Shown here: positions 1-7,808 of the stretch, in pieces
How the letters are laid out: the number at the start of each line of letters is the position of its first letter
Position numbering within the stretch: the stretch's first letter is position 1
Assembly: GCA_037128175.1 (NCBI GenBank)
Contig: JBAXWY010000057.1
Coordinates: forward strand, 1-15,187
Length of the DNA: 15,187 bases
Reading direction: 5' to 3'
Source: Methanothrix sp.
GTDB lineage: Archaea; Halobacteriota; Methanosarcinia; Methanotrichales; Methanotrichaceae
Made by a program: the position numbers and the translations under genes
The notes under the pieces: generated by a model
What the model saw: the letters and a program-made list of their open reading frames with translations, nothing else
The model's database searches: none
Told to the model about the DNA's origin: nothing

Positions 1-50
1 GAGGGAGGGCACTTACAGCCTAAAATTAGGCTTATTTAAGCCCAGCTGTA
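1..50. mobile_element. Probable end of an inserted element (IS/MITE-like) interrupting the radical SAM gene; continues beyond the window
   Basis: Radical SAM similarity stops at CTAG (51-54): ..IQISL is followed by VQLGLNKPNFRL* instead of the expected ISLDG. The 50 bp carry nested palindromes (TACAGC 14-19/GCTGTA 45-50; AGCCTAA-AA-TTAGGCT 17-32; GGCTTA-TT-TAAGCC 29-42). No transposase visible in the window. Confidence 0.5.
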
Positions 51-399
51 CTAGTGAGATTTGAATGCTATTGCACCTATGCGTAGAGGCGATGAACTTG
101 GCTATTTCATCGGTAATCAAAGTGCCATTGGTCAGTATACTGTACCTCATTTTATTCTTTATTATTCCTGTAAGAATATCCCTGAAATCATTTCTATAAA
201 AAGGCTCGCCCCCAGAAAAAGTAACCTCCATTACCGCGCAAGATTTGAGTTCTTCGAAGAACCTTAGCCACTCCTCTGTAGGTAAATCGATACCCACATC
301 ACCTGGGCTGTTGAAATGACTGCAGTACTTGCACCTAAGATTGCATCTATTGGTTATCTCGATATCCACAGATCTTGGGGTTTTCATCAGCCGATTCAT
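13..399 (-). pseudogene. scmE: SynChlorMet-cassette radical SAM protein (ScmE-like), N-terminal fragment, truncated
   Basis: CxxxCxxC (CNLRCKYC), SGGEP and TNGTL motifs; N-terminus LMKTPRSVDIEITNRC; start overlaps the stop of the PqqD gene (ATGA, 396-399). Only about 116 native residues, no rest of barrel or SPASM domain. Confidence 0.75.
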
Positions 400-686
400 T
401 CATTGACGCCTTCATATCCAGCTAAGCCATTCTTCACCAAATCGTTTATGAATTTCCCAACATGAGCCTCTACATCTAATGAGACATTATCAAAAAAGTT
501 CTGGATATGTTGTACGATTTCACTTAGATCATGCTTGCCGTCTAATTTAGACCAAATTCTAGCCCCAATCGGATTTATGCCAAAAGCTTTTCCGCTTTCT
601 GGGTCGAAAAGTATGGCCCAATCATCGAATTCCTCTCGGAAAACGACCAGGGGGTTTGCGATAGGCTTAATTTCCATTTGATTCAT
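396..686 (-). CDS. scmD: PqqD-family RiPP recognition element, SynChlorMet ScmD-like
   Basis: 96 aa; PIANPLVVFREEFDDWAILFDPESGKAFGINPIGARIWSKLDG is typical of the ScmD/PqqD fold; directly upstream of the radical SAM gene. Confidence 0.88.
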   Translation of the reverse strand: MNQMEIKPIANPLVVFREEFDDWAILFDPESGKAFGINPIGARIWSKLDGKHDLSEIVQHIQNFFDNVSLDVEAHVGKFINDLVKNGLAGYEGVNE

Positions 687-689
687 GAT

Positions 690-1364
690 TTATCTTCCCC
701 TATATATCATTTTTTCATTGTTTTGATCGAAACAGGGCTCTCTCTGTGCTACGTCCAAGTATGTAGACTCGATATCCAGGAAAAGCCTAAATGGTGGTTT
801 TATCTGCCAATTTCCCAGCGGTGGCTTCCTGCCAACTACGCGTTTCCCCACAAGCAACTGTATCTCGTTGCCTGAAGGACGTGAGAAGACAAGAACCTTT
901 GGCCTTATGCTTAGGAAACGAAAAGCTCCTGATTTTGCCATAAAATTATAAATAGCCCTGAGAGGTCGAAACAGCATCCTTCGGAATCCAAGAGATCTGT
1001 TCATCATGCATTGAATCCTGCCAGTCATCCCGCCGTAGATATTTATCTTTCTTGGACCTCGACAAGCATAAATTACTCGGCCGATTATTTGCGATGGATA
1101 TAGGGCATCCTCATCTGAATAATTATTATTATCTCCTTTCGTCCTGATGATCGAATCTCTTGCACTTATTATCCTATGAACTACCTTTTTTGACGTATTT
1201 GCAGGGTTGAAAATAATTACATCGCCTTTGCGAAGCTGCTCTTTAGAATAAGGAAAATAGAAAAGTCGGTCCGCATTTTTTAACAATGGATTCATGCTAA
1301 TGCCTGAGTATATTACATTGGCCAACGAGCTTGAATCCCTTTGTTCTCGAAAATTCTCCCGCAT
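690..1364 (-). CDS. S26/S24 signal-peptidase-I-like protein (Ser-His type), candidate leader peptidase
   Basis: SGISMNP (catalytic Ser), GDVIIF, VVHRII (His), TKGDNN boxes of archaeal/ER-type signal peptidases; no N-terminal hydrophobic anchor; gaps of 3 and 6 nt to neighbouring genes. Confidence 0.8.
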   Translation of the reverse strand: MRENFREQRDSSSLANVIYSGISMNPLLKNADRLFYFPYSKEQLRKGDVIIFNPANTSKKVVHRIISARDSIIRTKGDNNNYSDEDALYPSQIIGRVIYACRGPRKINIYGGMTGRIQCMMNRSLGFRRMLFRPLRAIYNFMAKSGAFRFLSIRPKVLVFSRPSGNEIQLLVGKRVVGRKPPLGNWQIKPPFRLFLDIESTYLDVAQREPCFDQNNEKMIYRGR

Positions 1365-1370
1365 ATTGAA

Positions 1371-2255
1371 CTAGATACCCCCAATAGCATCTTCCATGAG
1401 CTCCCAAAATCGACCATCGCGTCTGGCCTTAAGGATGAAGGATGGAACGACTTTGGTAATATTGCAGGCATTCTCAAAGATACTCCTTCTAATCTCCGTT
1501 CTTTGACTCATCCCTAGTTTTGTCCACACTTCAAATGACGCATTGTAGATATTAATTGCTGCCTTTCCTTGAGCCAAAGGTTCGACCTTATCCTCATCTG
1601 ACTGCACCAAGAAGAAGATTCCTGCAAGGGGTACATGATATTGGACATTCCAAGTAAGATCTGAGTTATGTACCATGTATTCTGACCAAGTTGGAAATGG
1701 GTGAGCATGGTACGAACCGGCCTTATCGCGAACCACAAAAACCTCATCATCGCAGAGAGGATGCCAAGGATAGGGAACCCTCTTACAGCATGTTGACTTG
1801 CCTACGCAGCTAGAAGCGGCGATAAGAAAACCTCTCCCGTTTCTTTCCAAAAGAGCGGCATGAAAAGGCATACTTCCATTGCAAAGGCCAGATTTATAGA
1901 TTGGGTAAACCGATATCGACATGGCAACTATATCTGTCAAATCATCTCTAGAATAAATCTCGCATAGGACATTAGACGAGTTCTTATCGTCCCAAAATCC
2001 AACAAGTCCTATCCGCATATGTTCGAAATCAGATCCGCTCTTTCTATACGTCGATCTTTCGAGATTCTTCATCGAGGCACCAAATGCAGAGTGATCTTTA
2101 AAAAAATACATTTTAGATGAACTCTGAAACACACTTCCATCAAGACCCATAATTTTTGCAAATCTGTCCAGCCATTCCTCGGCATCCGGACTAGCAATGA
2201 GTTGCCAATTTCGGTCGTCTATGAATTTGATACCATAACAATTATTGGGTGCCAT
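1371..2255 (-). CDS. scmC: SynChlorMet ScmC-like protein (HPr-kinase-related P-loop protein)
   Basis: PFHAALLERNGRGFLIAASSCVGKSTCC, LCDDE and AHPFPTWS motifs of HPr-kinase-like RiPP-associated proteins; cassette context with PqqD and radical SAM genes. Confidence 0.8.
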   Translation of the reverse strand: MAPNNCYGIKFIDDRNWQLIASPDAEEWLDRFAKIMGLDGSVFQSSSKMYFFKDHSAFGASMKNLERSTYRKSGSDFEHMRIGLVGFWDDKNSSNVLCEIYSRDDLTDIVAMSISVYPIYKSGLCNGSMPFHAALLERNGRGFLIAASSCVGKSTCCKRVPYPWHPLCDDEVFVVRDKAGSYHAHPFPTWSEYMVHNSDLTWNVQYHVPLAGIFFLVQSDEDKVEPLAQGKAAINIYNASFEVWTKLGMSQRTEIRRSIFENACNITKVVPSFILKARRDGRFWELMEDAIGGI

Positions 2256-2340
2256 ATATACCTATTTATTCTCAAAAGTAATTAAGAAATAAATGCATCG
2301 AGCAAATTTTGATTGAGGAGGCTTATATATTACGAGCCCC

Positions 2341-2565
2341 CTATCCGAACAACGCCCCATTTGTAGTGCAAGCAACTGTTGCACCTGCCCCAACAGTAGT
2401 GCAAGTATTTTGTGCTGCTGCCCCAACTCCAGTACAAGTATGTTGTGCAGATCCCCCGTTGTCAGTGCAGGTTGTAGTGACAACAGCACCCTGATTGCAG
2501 GCCGCCGTTTGCCCTGAAACGATAATTGAACTCAGATCCAATAATTCTGGTTTTTCATAGTTCAT
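2341..2565 (-). CDS. Putative RiPP precursor peptide, Cys/Thr/Gly-rich repeat core (ScmA-like position)
   Basis: 74 aa; leader MNYEKPELLDLS has the YxxPxL RRE-binding motif; Cys at 23, 33, 44, 55, 66; SD-like AGGAGAG (complement of 2571-2577) 5 nt upstream of ATG; first gene of the cassette. Confidence 0.85.
   Translation of the reverse strand: MNYEKPELLDLSSIIVSGQTAACNQGAVVTTTCTDNGGSAQHTCTGVGAAAQNTCTTVGAGATVACTTNGALFG
2362..2493. repeat. Four degenerate 33-bp tandem units inside the precursor gene
   Basis: Units start at 2362 (tgtagtgcaagc), 2395 (agtagtgcaagt), 2428 (tccagtacaagt) and 2461 (gtcagtgcaggt); the first two both end in ctgccccaac. Confidence 0.8.
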
Positions 2566-2910
2566 GAAATCTCTCCTGCATGCATATCAATAGTCTTTCG
2601 GATTTCTAGAATAAAAGGCTTTGGTTCCTCGCAATTTCGTGTGAGATGACAGGGGTAAAATCCTGCTTGAGACCAACAATGCTATTCGAACTTAACTAAA
2701 TGGCAATCTCCGCTTGCCGATTTCTTATATCGGAATTAGATATCTTCAAACGAAGAATATAAACGAGGAATGGGTGACGGATAAAACTATTTATTGGTAG
2801 ACAGGCAGTGAGAATAAAGTGTTGATGCGGCCCATGAGAAAGCAACAAAGAGACGTGTATGATCGATGATTAAAGACTACCTGAGAAAGCCCGATATTCG
2901 GTGACCAGAG
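2566..2910. promoter_or_regulatory. Divergent promoter region between the precursor operon and the ABC exporter operon
   Basis: 345-bp AT-rich gap between head-to-head genes; TTTTATT TATA-like box on the minus strand at about 2610-2616, roughly 45 nt upstream of the precursor ATG. Exact elements uncertain. Confidence 0.5.
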
Positions 2911-4725
2911 TTGCAGCTACATAAGAGTAAAGTATTAGACAATTTGCTGCATTTGAGATATGTCCTGAGGCTGGTGTGGCAAAGTGCTCCAGGCTGGACC
3001 CTCGCAAGTGGTTTGTTGATCTTCATAACAGGCTTATTGCCTCTGGCCACCCTCTACTTGATGAAGCTTATTGTGGACTATGTGGATGCGGGTGCTGCAT
3101 CTGCAGGAGAAGGGGATTTCGGAAGAGTCCTGATACTGGTTGCCCTCGCCGGGAGTATTGCTATGTTTACGGTATTCAGTCAATCGGTATCAAAGGTCGT
3201 AAATGAGGCTCAGTCCGCAATAATATCTGACCATGTCCAAGAGCTCCTTAATGCTAAGTCTGTAGAGGTGGACCTTGAATACTACGAGAACTCCGAGTAC
3301 TATGAAACATTGCATAGAGCACAGAGGGAAGCACCTTTTAGACCAATGATAATCATAAATGGCCTTTTTCAATTAGGCAGAAGCTTCATTTCGCTTACAA
3401 CCATGGCAGCTTTGCTTTTATCTTTTAATTGGGTCGCAGCACTGATTCTTGCATTCGCTGCTTTGCCAGTTGCTTTTGTCCAATATAAATATTCCAGCAA
3501 AAATTACCGCATGCAATGCAGTATAACCCCTAAAGAGAGACGAGCGTGGTACTTCAGTAGGTTGCTCACGAACATCGATTATGCCAAGGAAATCAGGCTG
3601 TTAGGTCTTGGCCAACTGTTCATGAGCAGATATCGCGACCTTCGACAACAGATTCGAGAAGAACGTCTCTCTTTGACATTCAGACGATCTGCTGCAGAAT
3701 CTGCGTCTCAAGTAGTTGCTTCGGCTGTTGTCTTTGGAACATTAGCTTTCATAGCTCACGAGGCCTTTAACGGCATCATTACCATAGGCGATATGCTGAT
3801 GTATTTTGGGGCGATCCAACAGGGTCAATCCTTTCTAAATAGTTTCCTTGGCAGCCTAGTGGGACTATACGAAAATAACCTCTTTTTGACTGCGCTTTAT
3901 GAGTTTCTTGACCTGAAGCCGAAGGTCGAGGAACCATTAAATCCCAGACCAGTTCCAAAGCCAATAATTAGCGAAATTTGCTTTAAGCATGTAGGATTCA
4001 GCTATCCCAACACGAGTACGATGGTTTTGAAGGATATTAATCTTGAGATTCTTCCAGGTCAAATAGTGGCTCTGGTAGGCGAGAATGGCTCGGGGAAAAC
4101 AACACTCATAAAGCTCCTGTGCAGGCTCTACGACCCCCAAGAAGGCACCATCAAAATAGACGGGATTGACCTTCGAAATTTCAGAAAATACGATTTGAGG
4201 CGAGAGATAACCGCAGTATTACAGGATTACGCCAATTACCATCTTAAGGCCCGAGAAAACATCTGGCTGGGAAATGTGGATATGCCAGAGGATATAAACC
4301 ATATAGTCCAAGCAGCTGAATGCTCAGGCATAGACGAGGTTATAAAACGCCTGACCAAAGGCTATGATACAATTCTGGGAAGAGAGTTTGAAAAGGACGG
4401 AGCTGAGCTGAGTATAGGAGAGTGGCAAAAGGTTGCCTTAGCTAGGGCATTCTTTCGTGACTCACAACTAATTATCCTTGATGAGCCTACAAGCTCATTA
4501 GATCCTAAGGCTGAGGAGAAAATATTCAACAAATTTAAGCAGCTAATCGCTGGCAAGATGGCGGTCATAATTAGTCATAGACTCTCTTCGGTGAGAATAG
4601 CGGATTGCATATATTATATCAAAGAAGGCCGAGTGACAGAGTGTGGAACTCATCAGGAGCTTATGGATCAAGGTAAAGAGTATGCAAAACTATTTGAAAT
4701 TCAGGCTAAACATTATAGGCAATGA
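2911..4725 (+). CDS. ABC exporter, fused permease and ATPase (peptide exporter type, no C39 peptidase domain)
   Basis: N-terminal TM helices; Walker A GENGSGKTT, signature LSIGEWQ, Walker B LIILDEPTSSLD, H-loop ISHRLSS. The TTG start is uncertain. Confidence 0.92.
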   Translation: MQLHKSKVLDNLLHLRYVLRLVWQSAPGWTLASGLLIFITGLLPLATLYLMKLIVDYVDAGAASAGEGDFGRVLILVALAGSIAMFTVFSQSVSKVVNEAQSAIISDHVQELLNAKSVEVDLEYYENSEYYETLHRAQREAPFRPMIIINGLFQLGRSFISLTTMAALLLSFNWVAALILAFAALPVAFVQYKYSSKNYRMQCSITPKERRAWYFSRLLTNIDYAKEIRLLGLGQLFMSRYRDLRQQIREERLSLTFRRSAAESASQVVASAVVFGTLAFIAHEAFNGIITIGDMLMYFGAIQQGQSFLNSFLGSLVGLYENNLFLTALYEFLDLKPKVEEPLNPRPVPKPIISEICFKHVGFSYPNTSTMVLKDINLEILPGQIVALVGENGSGKTTLIKLLCRLYDPQEGTIKIDGIDLRNFRKYDLRREITAVLQDYANYHLKARENIWLGNVDMPEDINHIVQAAECSGIDEVIKRLTKGYDTILGREFEKDGAELSIGEWQKVALARAFFRDSQLIILDEPTSSLDPKAEEKIFNKFKQLIAGKMAVIISHRLSSVRIADCIYYIKEGRVTECGTHQELMDQGKEYAKLFEIQAKHYRQ

Positions 4726-5936
4726 CTATGGACGGGGATCTTGGAGATAGTTATATTAATAATGAGATTAAAATACTTTTGAGCTGCTCAGGGACACATA
4801 TAGTGACGAAAAGAGCAGAAAAGATAAATAGACTGCTAAATAAGGACATAAATTGGGATATGCTTTTGGATATTGCCAACCTTGAACGAATGTTACCACT
4901 TCTTTACAGAAACCTCGTCTTGATATCACCAAAGACGGTTCCTCTGGCCGTTATGACGCGCCTTCGAAATGAATACCTCTGTAACTCCAGCAGAAACTTG
5001 TTGCTTACACGAGAGCTGCTATTCATTATTGAGAATTTCGATGCAAAAGGTATACCGATCATGCCATTCAAAGGACCTGTTCTGGCAGAGCAAGTCTACG
5101 GTGATATAGCCCTTAGATCCTTTATAGATCTCGACCTCCTGATCCCTGAGCGCGAATATACCAGAGCGGAAGAACTCCTACAATTCCTTGGGTATTTGAA
5201 TGATTTAAAATTGACTCCAGCACAGAATGCGGCATATTTAAAATCCGAGCATCATCATCATTTTGGCAACAACAAAACAGGCACATCTGTAGAGCTCCAT
5301 TGGAGAATATCCACAAGCCTATTCTCCTTACAGCCTGACCTCTCTGTGGCCTGGAATCGAGCTGGAACCACGACCGTTCTTGGCAAAAAGGTGCCAAGTT
5401 TTTCTCCAGAAGATACGCTTCTGGTCCTGTGCGAACATGGAGCAAGACACCAATGGTCACAGCTTTCGTGGATATATGATATTGCAGGAATCGTCGAGAC
5501 AAAGAAGATAAATCTGCCTTGCCTCATAGAACAAGTACGACAAATTGGAAAAGAGCGTCCACTTTTACTGGGACTGCTTCTAGCCGGTGATCTTTTGGAT
5601 ACGGATCTATCGGCCGAGATTTATTGGATGGCGAATGGCGATAAGGCAGTAAGAGCAAACGCGGAACAAGTGAAAACGGATTTGTTTACAAGAGCCTCCT
5701 TTGGAGAAAGTAATGGGCATAATGCACCAGAACGTATGAACGAATTAGATTTTTATTCTAATTTAATGAGCAGGCACCAATTACTCTGGACTCTTCTTCG
5801 AGCTTTTACTCCTAGAGAGAAAGACGTGAATATAGCCTCGTTGCCAGACGCTTTGTTTCCTCTTTACTATATTGTTAGGCCACTTAGGCTGATAAAGGCC
5901 CACAAGAAAAGCATTAGAAAATTTTTGTTCAAGTGA
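4722..5936 (+). CDS. Nucleotidyltransferase family protein (NTP_transf_5 type, as seen in lasso/RRE-associated clusters)
   Basis: FKGPVLAEQVYGDIALRSFIDLDLLI (KG...R..D.D) and VELHW motifs; ATGA overlap with the ABC exporter stop. Confidence 0.85.
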   Translation: MTMDGDLGDSYINNEIKILLSCSGTHIVTKRAEKINRLLNKDINWDMLLDIANLERMLPLLYRNLVLISPKTVPLAVMTRLRNEYLCNSSRNLLLTRELLFIIENFDAKGIPIMPFKGPVLAEQVYGDIALRSFIDLDLLIPEREYTRAEELLQFLGYLNDLKLTPAQNAAYLKSEHHHHFGNNKTGTSVELHWRISTSLFSLQPDLSVAWNRAGTTTVLGKKVPSFSPEDTLLVLCEHGARHQWSQLSWIYDIAGIVETKKINLPCLIEQVRQIGKERPLLLGLLLAGDLLDTDLSAEIYWMANGDKAVRANAEQVKTDLFTRASFGESNGHNAPERMNELDFYSNLMSRHQLLWTLLRAFTPREKDVNIASLPDALFPLYYIVRPLRLIKAHKKSIRKFLFK

Positions 5937-5987
5937 ATTATGAAAGAAACCAATACTCTTATCAATTTCTGCCTTCACATATTCGCC

Positions 5988-7736
5988 TCAGGAAAAGGCT
6001 CCTTTCGGAAAGCCGAAGATATATGTCCCGTTTTGGTAAATCAGATCATAACTATCTTCGGAAAAGTTCATGTTCACCACGGGATAAATTTGACTGTATT
6101 CGGCAAAAGGTGGTACATATCCCGGCCTGGATATAGATACGCTGGATACAAAGATCAGATAACGGGCTTTAAAGCTGCCAAGTGCCTGGGTCACATCCGG
6201 GCTGCCCGGATCGGCGATGATTTTCGGTGTCAGGTTCCGATCGAAGGGAGACGCTCCTGGCCCCATGCGTGGGTTCGCGACCCTGATGCCAGTGAACGGG
6301 TAGACCCAGGCGCCTGTCTCGTCCAGGTTGATGCAGATTGCACCGGACAAATTCTGCCCTGATAGCCACATGATCGCGTCGTAATCCTCTTGCGGCAGCC
6401 CCCAGGCTCCTGCATAGCTGTAAAGGACGATGCCCATGCAGGCCGCCCCTGTGGCAATCAGCACCAGCAGGAAGGCCGTCTTCATCCTTGTGTCACCCCC
6501 GTCCATCTTGCACAGGGCCAGGGCCGCAAGAATGCTCAGCGGAAGGTAAAGCACCAGAAGCAGCCTGTCCGCGGTCCCTACGAACCTCAGAGGCCCTGAA
6601 TCCGCCAGTAGCACAATGAATATCACTGCCCCCGCCCAGGCCAGGGCCAGGCGGTCCAGCTTCCCGCGCGTAACGAACGCAATCGCCCCACCGAAGAGCG
6701 CCAGGAAGGCGGGATACCAGCGGGCGACAAACTCGCTGGCAAGGCCCCGATCGCTGAAGACAGATACGAGATATTCCGGCCTGTGGAAGGAGAGGTAGGC
6801 AGCAACCAGGGCCACGAGTCCTCCAAAGATGACGATCTGATGCCGGGCGGTGAGATGCCGTCTCAGCCGCTCAGTCTGCCCCCAGCAGAAGAGAACTCCG
6901 ATGGCGAGCACCAGGAGGCGCGCATGGGAGAGCAAGATACCGGGGAGCAGCACCAAGAGAGCCCATCTCCTGACCACAGCCGCCAGAACCGCCGCGACCA
7001 GGAGCATCTCCGCAGCCGCAGAAGGGTAGCCACCCCAGATGAGATAGCTGTAGTGCGCTGGGAAGGCAAGGCACGCCAGGACGAAGGTGTAGGCAGACGC
7101 TGCATCCTGTTTCATCTCCCTCACGAGTGAATACAGCAGCAGAGGGGTCACGACCGTGATCACGACAGGCACCGTCTGAATCACATCCAGGATGGGAAAG
7201 GCTTTGGCCCACAGATAGGCGTAGTAGTGAAACCCCTTCGGGTAGTACTCCCAGTAGCTTTCAAGCCGTGACAGTCCGACGGGAAGCGTCTGGCCTTCGA
7301 GGAGCATCCTCACCATCTCTGCATGCGCCACTGCGTCTCCCCCCATCCACATGACCAGACGATCGAAGAACAGGATGACTATGATCAGATACAGCGCTCC
7401 GGCACATAGGGCGATCCAGTCGTCCCGGTCAAGGTCAAGTGAGACAAGCCCATGCGCCTCTGATCTATGGTGAACATAGAGCCTGGCAAACAGAAACGTG
7501 CATGCGATTGCAGTACATACCTGCGGCACGATCGGATCGATCCCGACCAGCGCTCCGGCGATCCCGGCTGTAGAGAGCAGCACATACCCAAGGGCGAAAG
7601 AGAGAGCGATCCTCGTCAGGGAGCGCGTCCCTGCGCTCCGTACAAGGGGCAGTCCACAGATCACAGTCACGAAGAGGATCGCCAGTGCCAGAAGTATATG
7701 AAGGATCAGCTCATCACCTAGAGTGTTCAATTTCAT
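5988..7736 (-). CDS. Polytopic membrane protein, probable GT-C-type glycosyltransferase
   Basis: 582 aa with many TM segments; first external loop GGDAVAH...YYPKGFH resembles the D..H/YP.GFH pattern of GT-C-like archaeal proteins; soluble C-terminal domain starting near DYDAIMWL. Function is inferred. Confidence 0.6.
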   Translation of the reverse strand: MKLNTLGDELILHILLALAILFVTVICGLPLVRSAGTRSLTRIALSFALGYVLLSTAGIAGALVGIDPIVPQVCTAIACTFLFARLYVHHRSEAHGLVSLDLDRDDWIALCAGALYLIIVILFFDRLVMWMGGDAVAHAEMVRMLLEGQTLPVGLSRLESYWEYYPKGFHYYAYLWAKAFPILDVIQTVPVVITVVTPLLLYSLVREMKQDAASAYTFVLACLAFPAHYSYLIWGGYPSAAAEMLLVAAVLAAVVRRWALLVLLPGILLSHARLLVLAIGVLFCWGQTERLRRHLTARHQIVIFGGLVALVAAYLSFHRPEYLVSVFSDRGLASEFVARWYPAFLALFGGAIAFVTRGKLDRLALAWAGAVIFIVLLADSGPLRFVGTADRLLLVLYLPLSILAALALCKMDGGDTRMKTAFLLVLIATGAACMGIVLYSYAGAWGLPQEDYDAIMWLSGQNLSGAICINLDETGAWVYPFTGIRVANPRMGPGASPFDRNLTPKIIADPGSPDVTQALGSFKARYLIFVSSVSISRPGYVPPFAEYSQIYPVVNMNFSEDSYDLIYQNGTYIFGFPKGAFS

Positions 7737-7808
7737 ACTTATCTAAATTAAAAAGGTATTCGTGTAGGATCGCCAGGGCTATAACCTCCGACTTCAGTCT
7801 GCAAGAGT

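Noticed and set aside
2362-2493. 33-bp periodic DNA as a CRISPR array or a TnpB/Cas12f-associated array
   Set aside because: Units are contiguous, degenerate and in-frame coding with no repeat-spacer structure; no array flanks tnpB either.
2262-2494. Alternative ORFs 2262-2489 (-) and 2309-2494 (+) overlapping the precursor
   Set aside because: They lack the SD and leader motif; their periodicity just mirrors the 33-bp repeats of the real precursor frame.
2717-2733. CCGAT-N7-ATCGG palindrome in the divergent promoter
   Set aside because: Only 5-bp arms and no regulator in the cluster; could be chance.
5248-5262. His run (EHHHHF) in the nucleotidyltransferase as a metal-binding tag
   Set aside because: Short CAT repeat in a variable region preceding VELHW; nothing supports a separate function.
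2341-5936. Lasso peptide cluster
   Set aside because: Leader motif, kinase-like protein, nucleotidyltransferase and ABC resemble lasso loci, but there is no asparagine-synthetase-like cyclase or B2 protease in the window, no Thr at -2 of the likely cut site, and no Asp/Glu at core positions 7-9.
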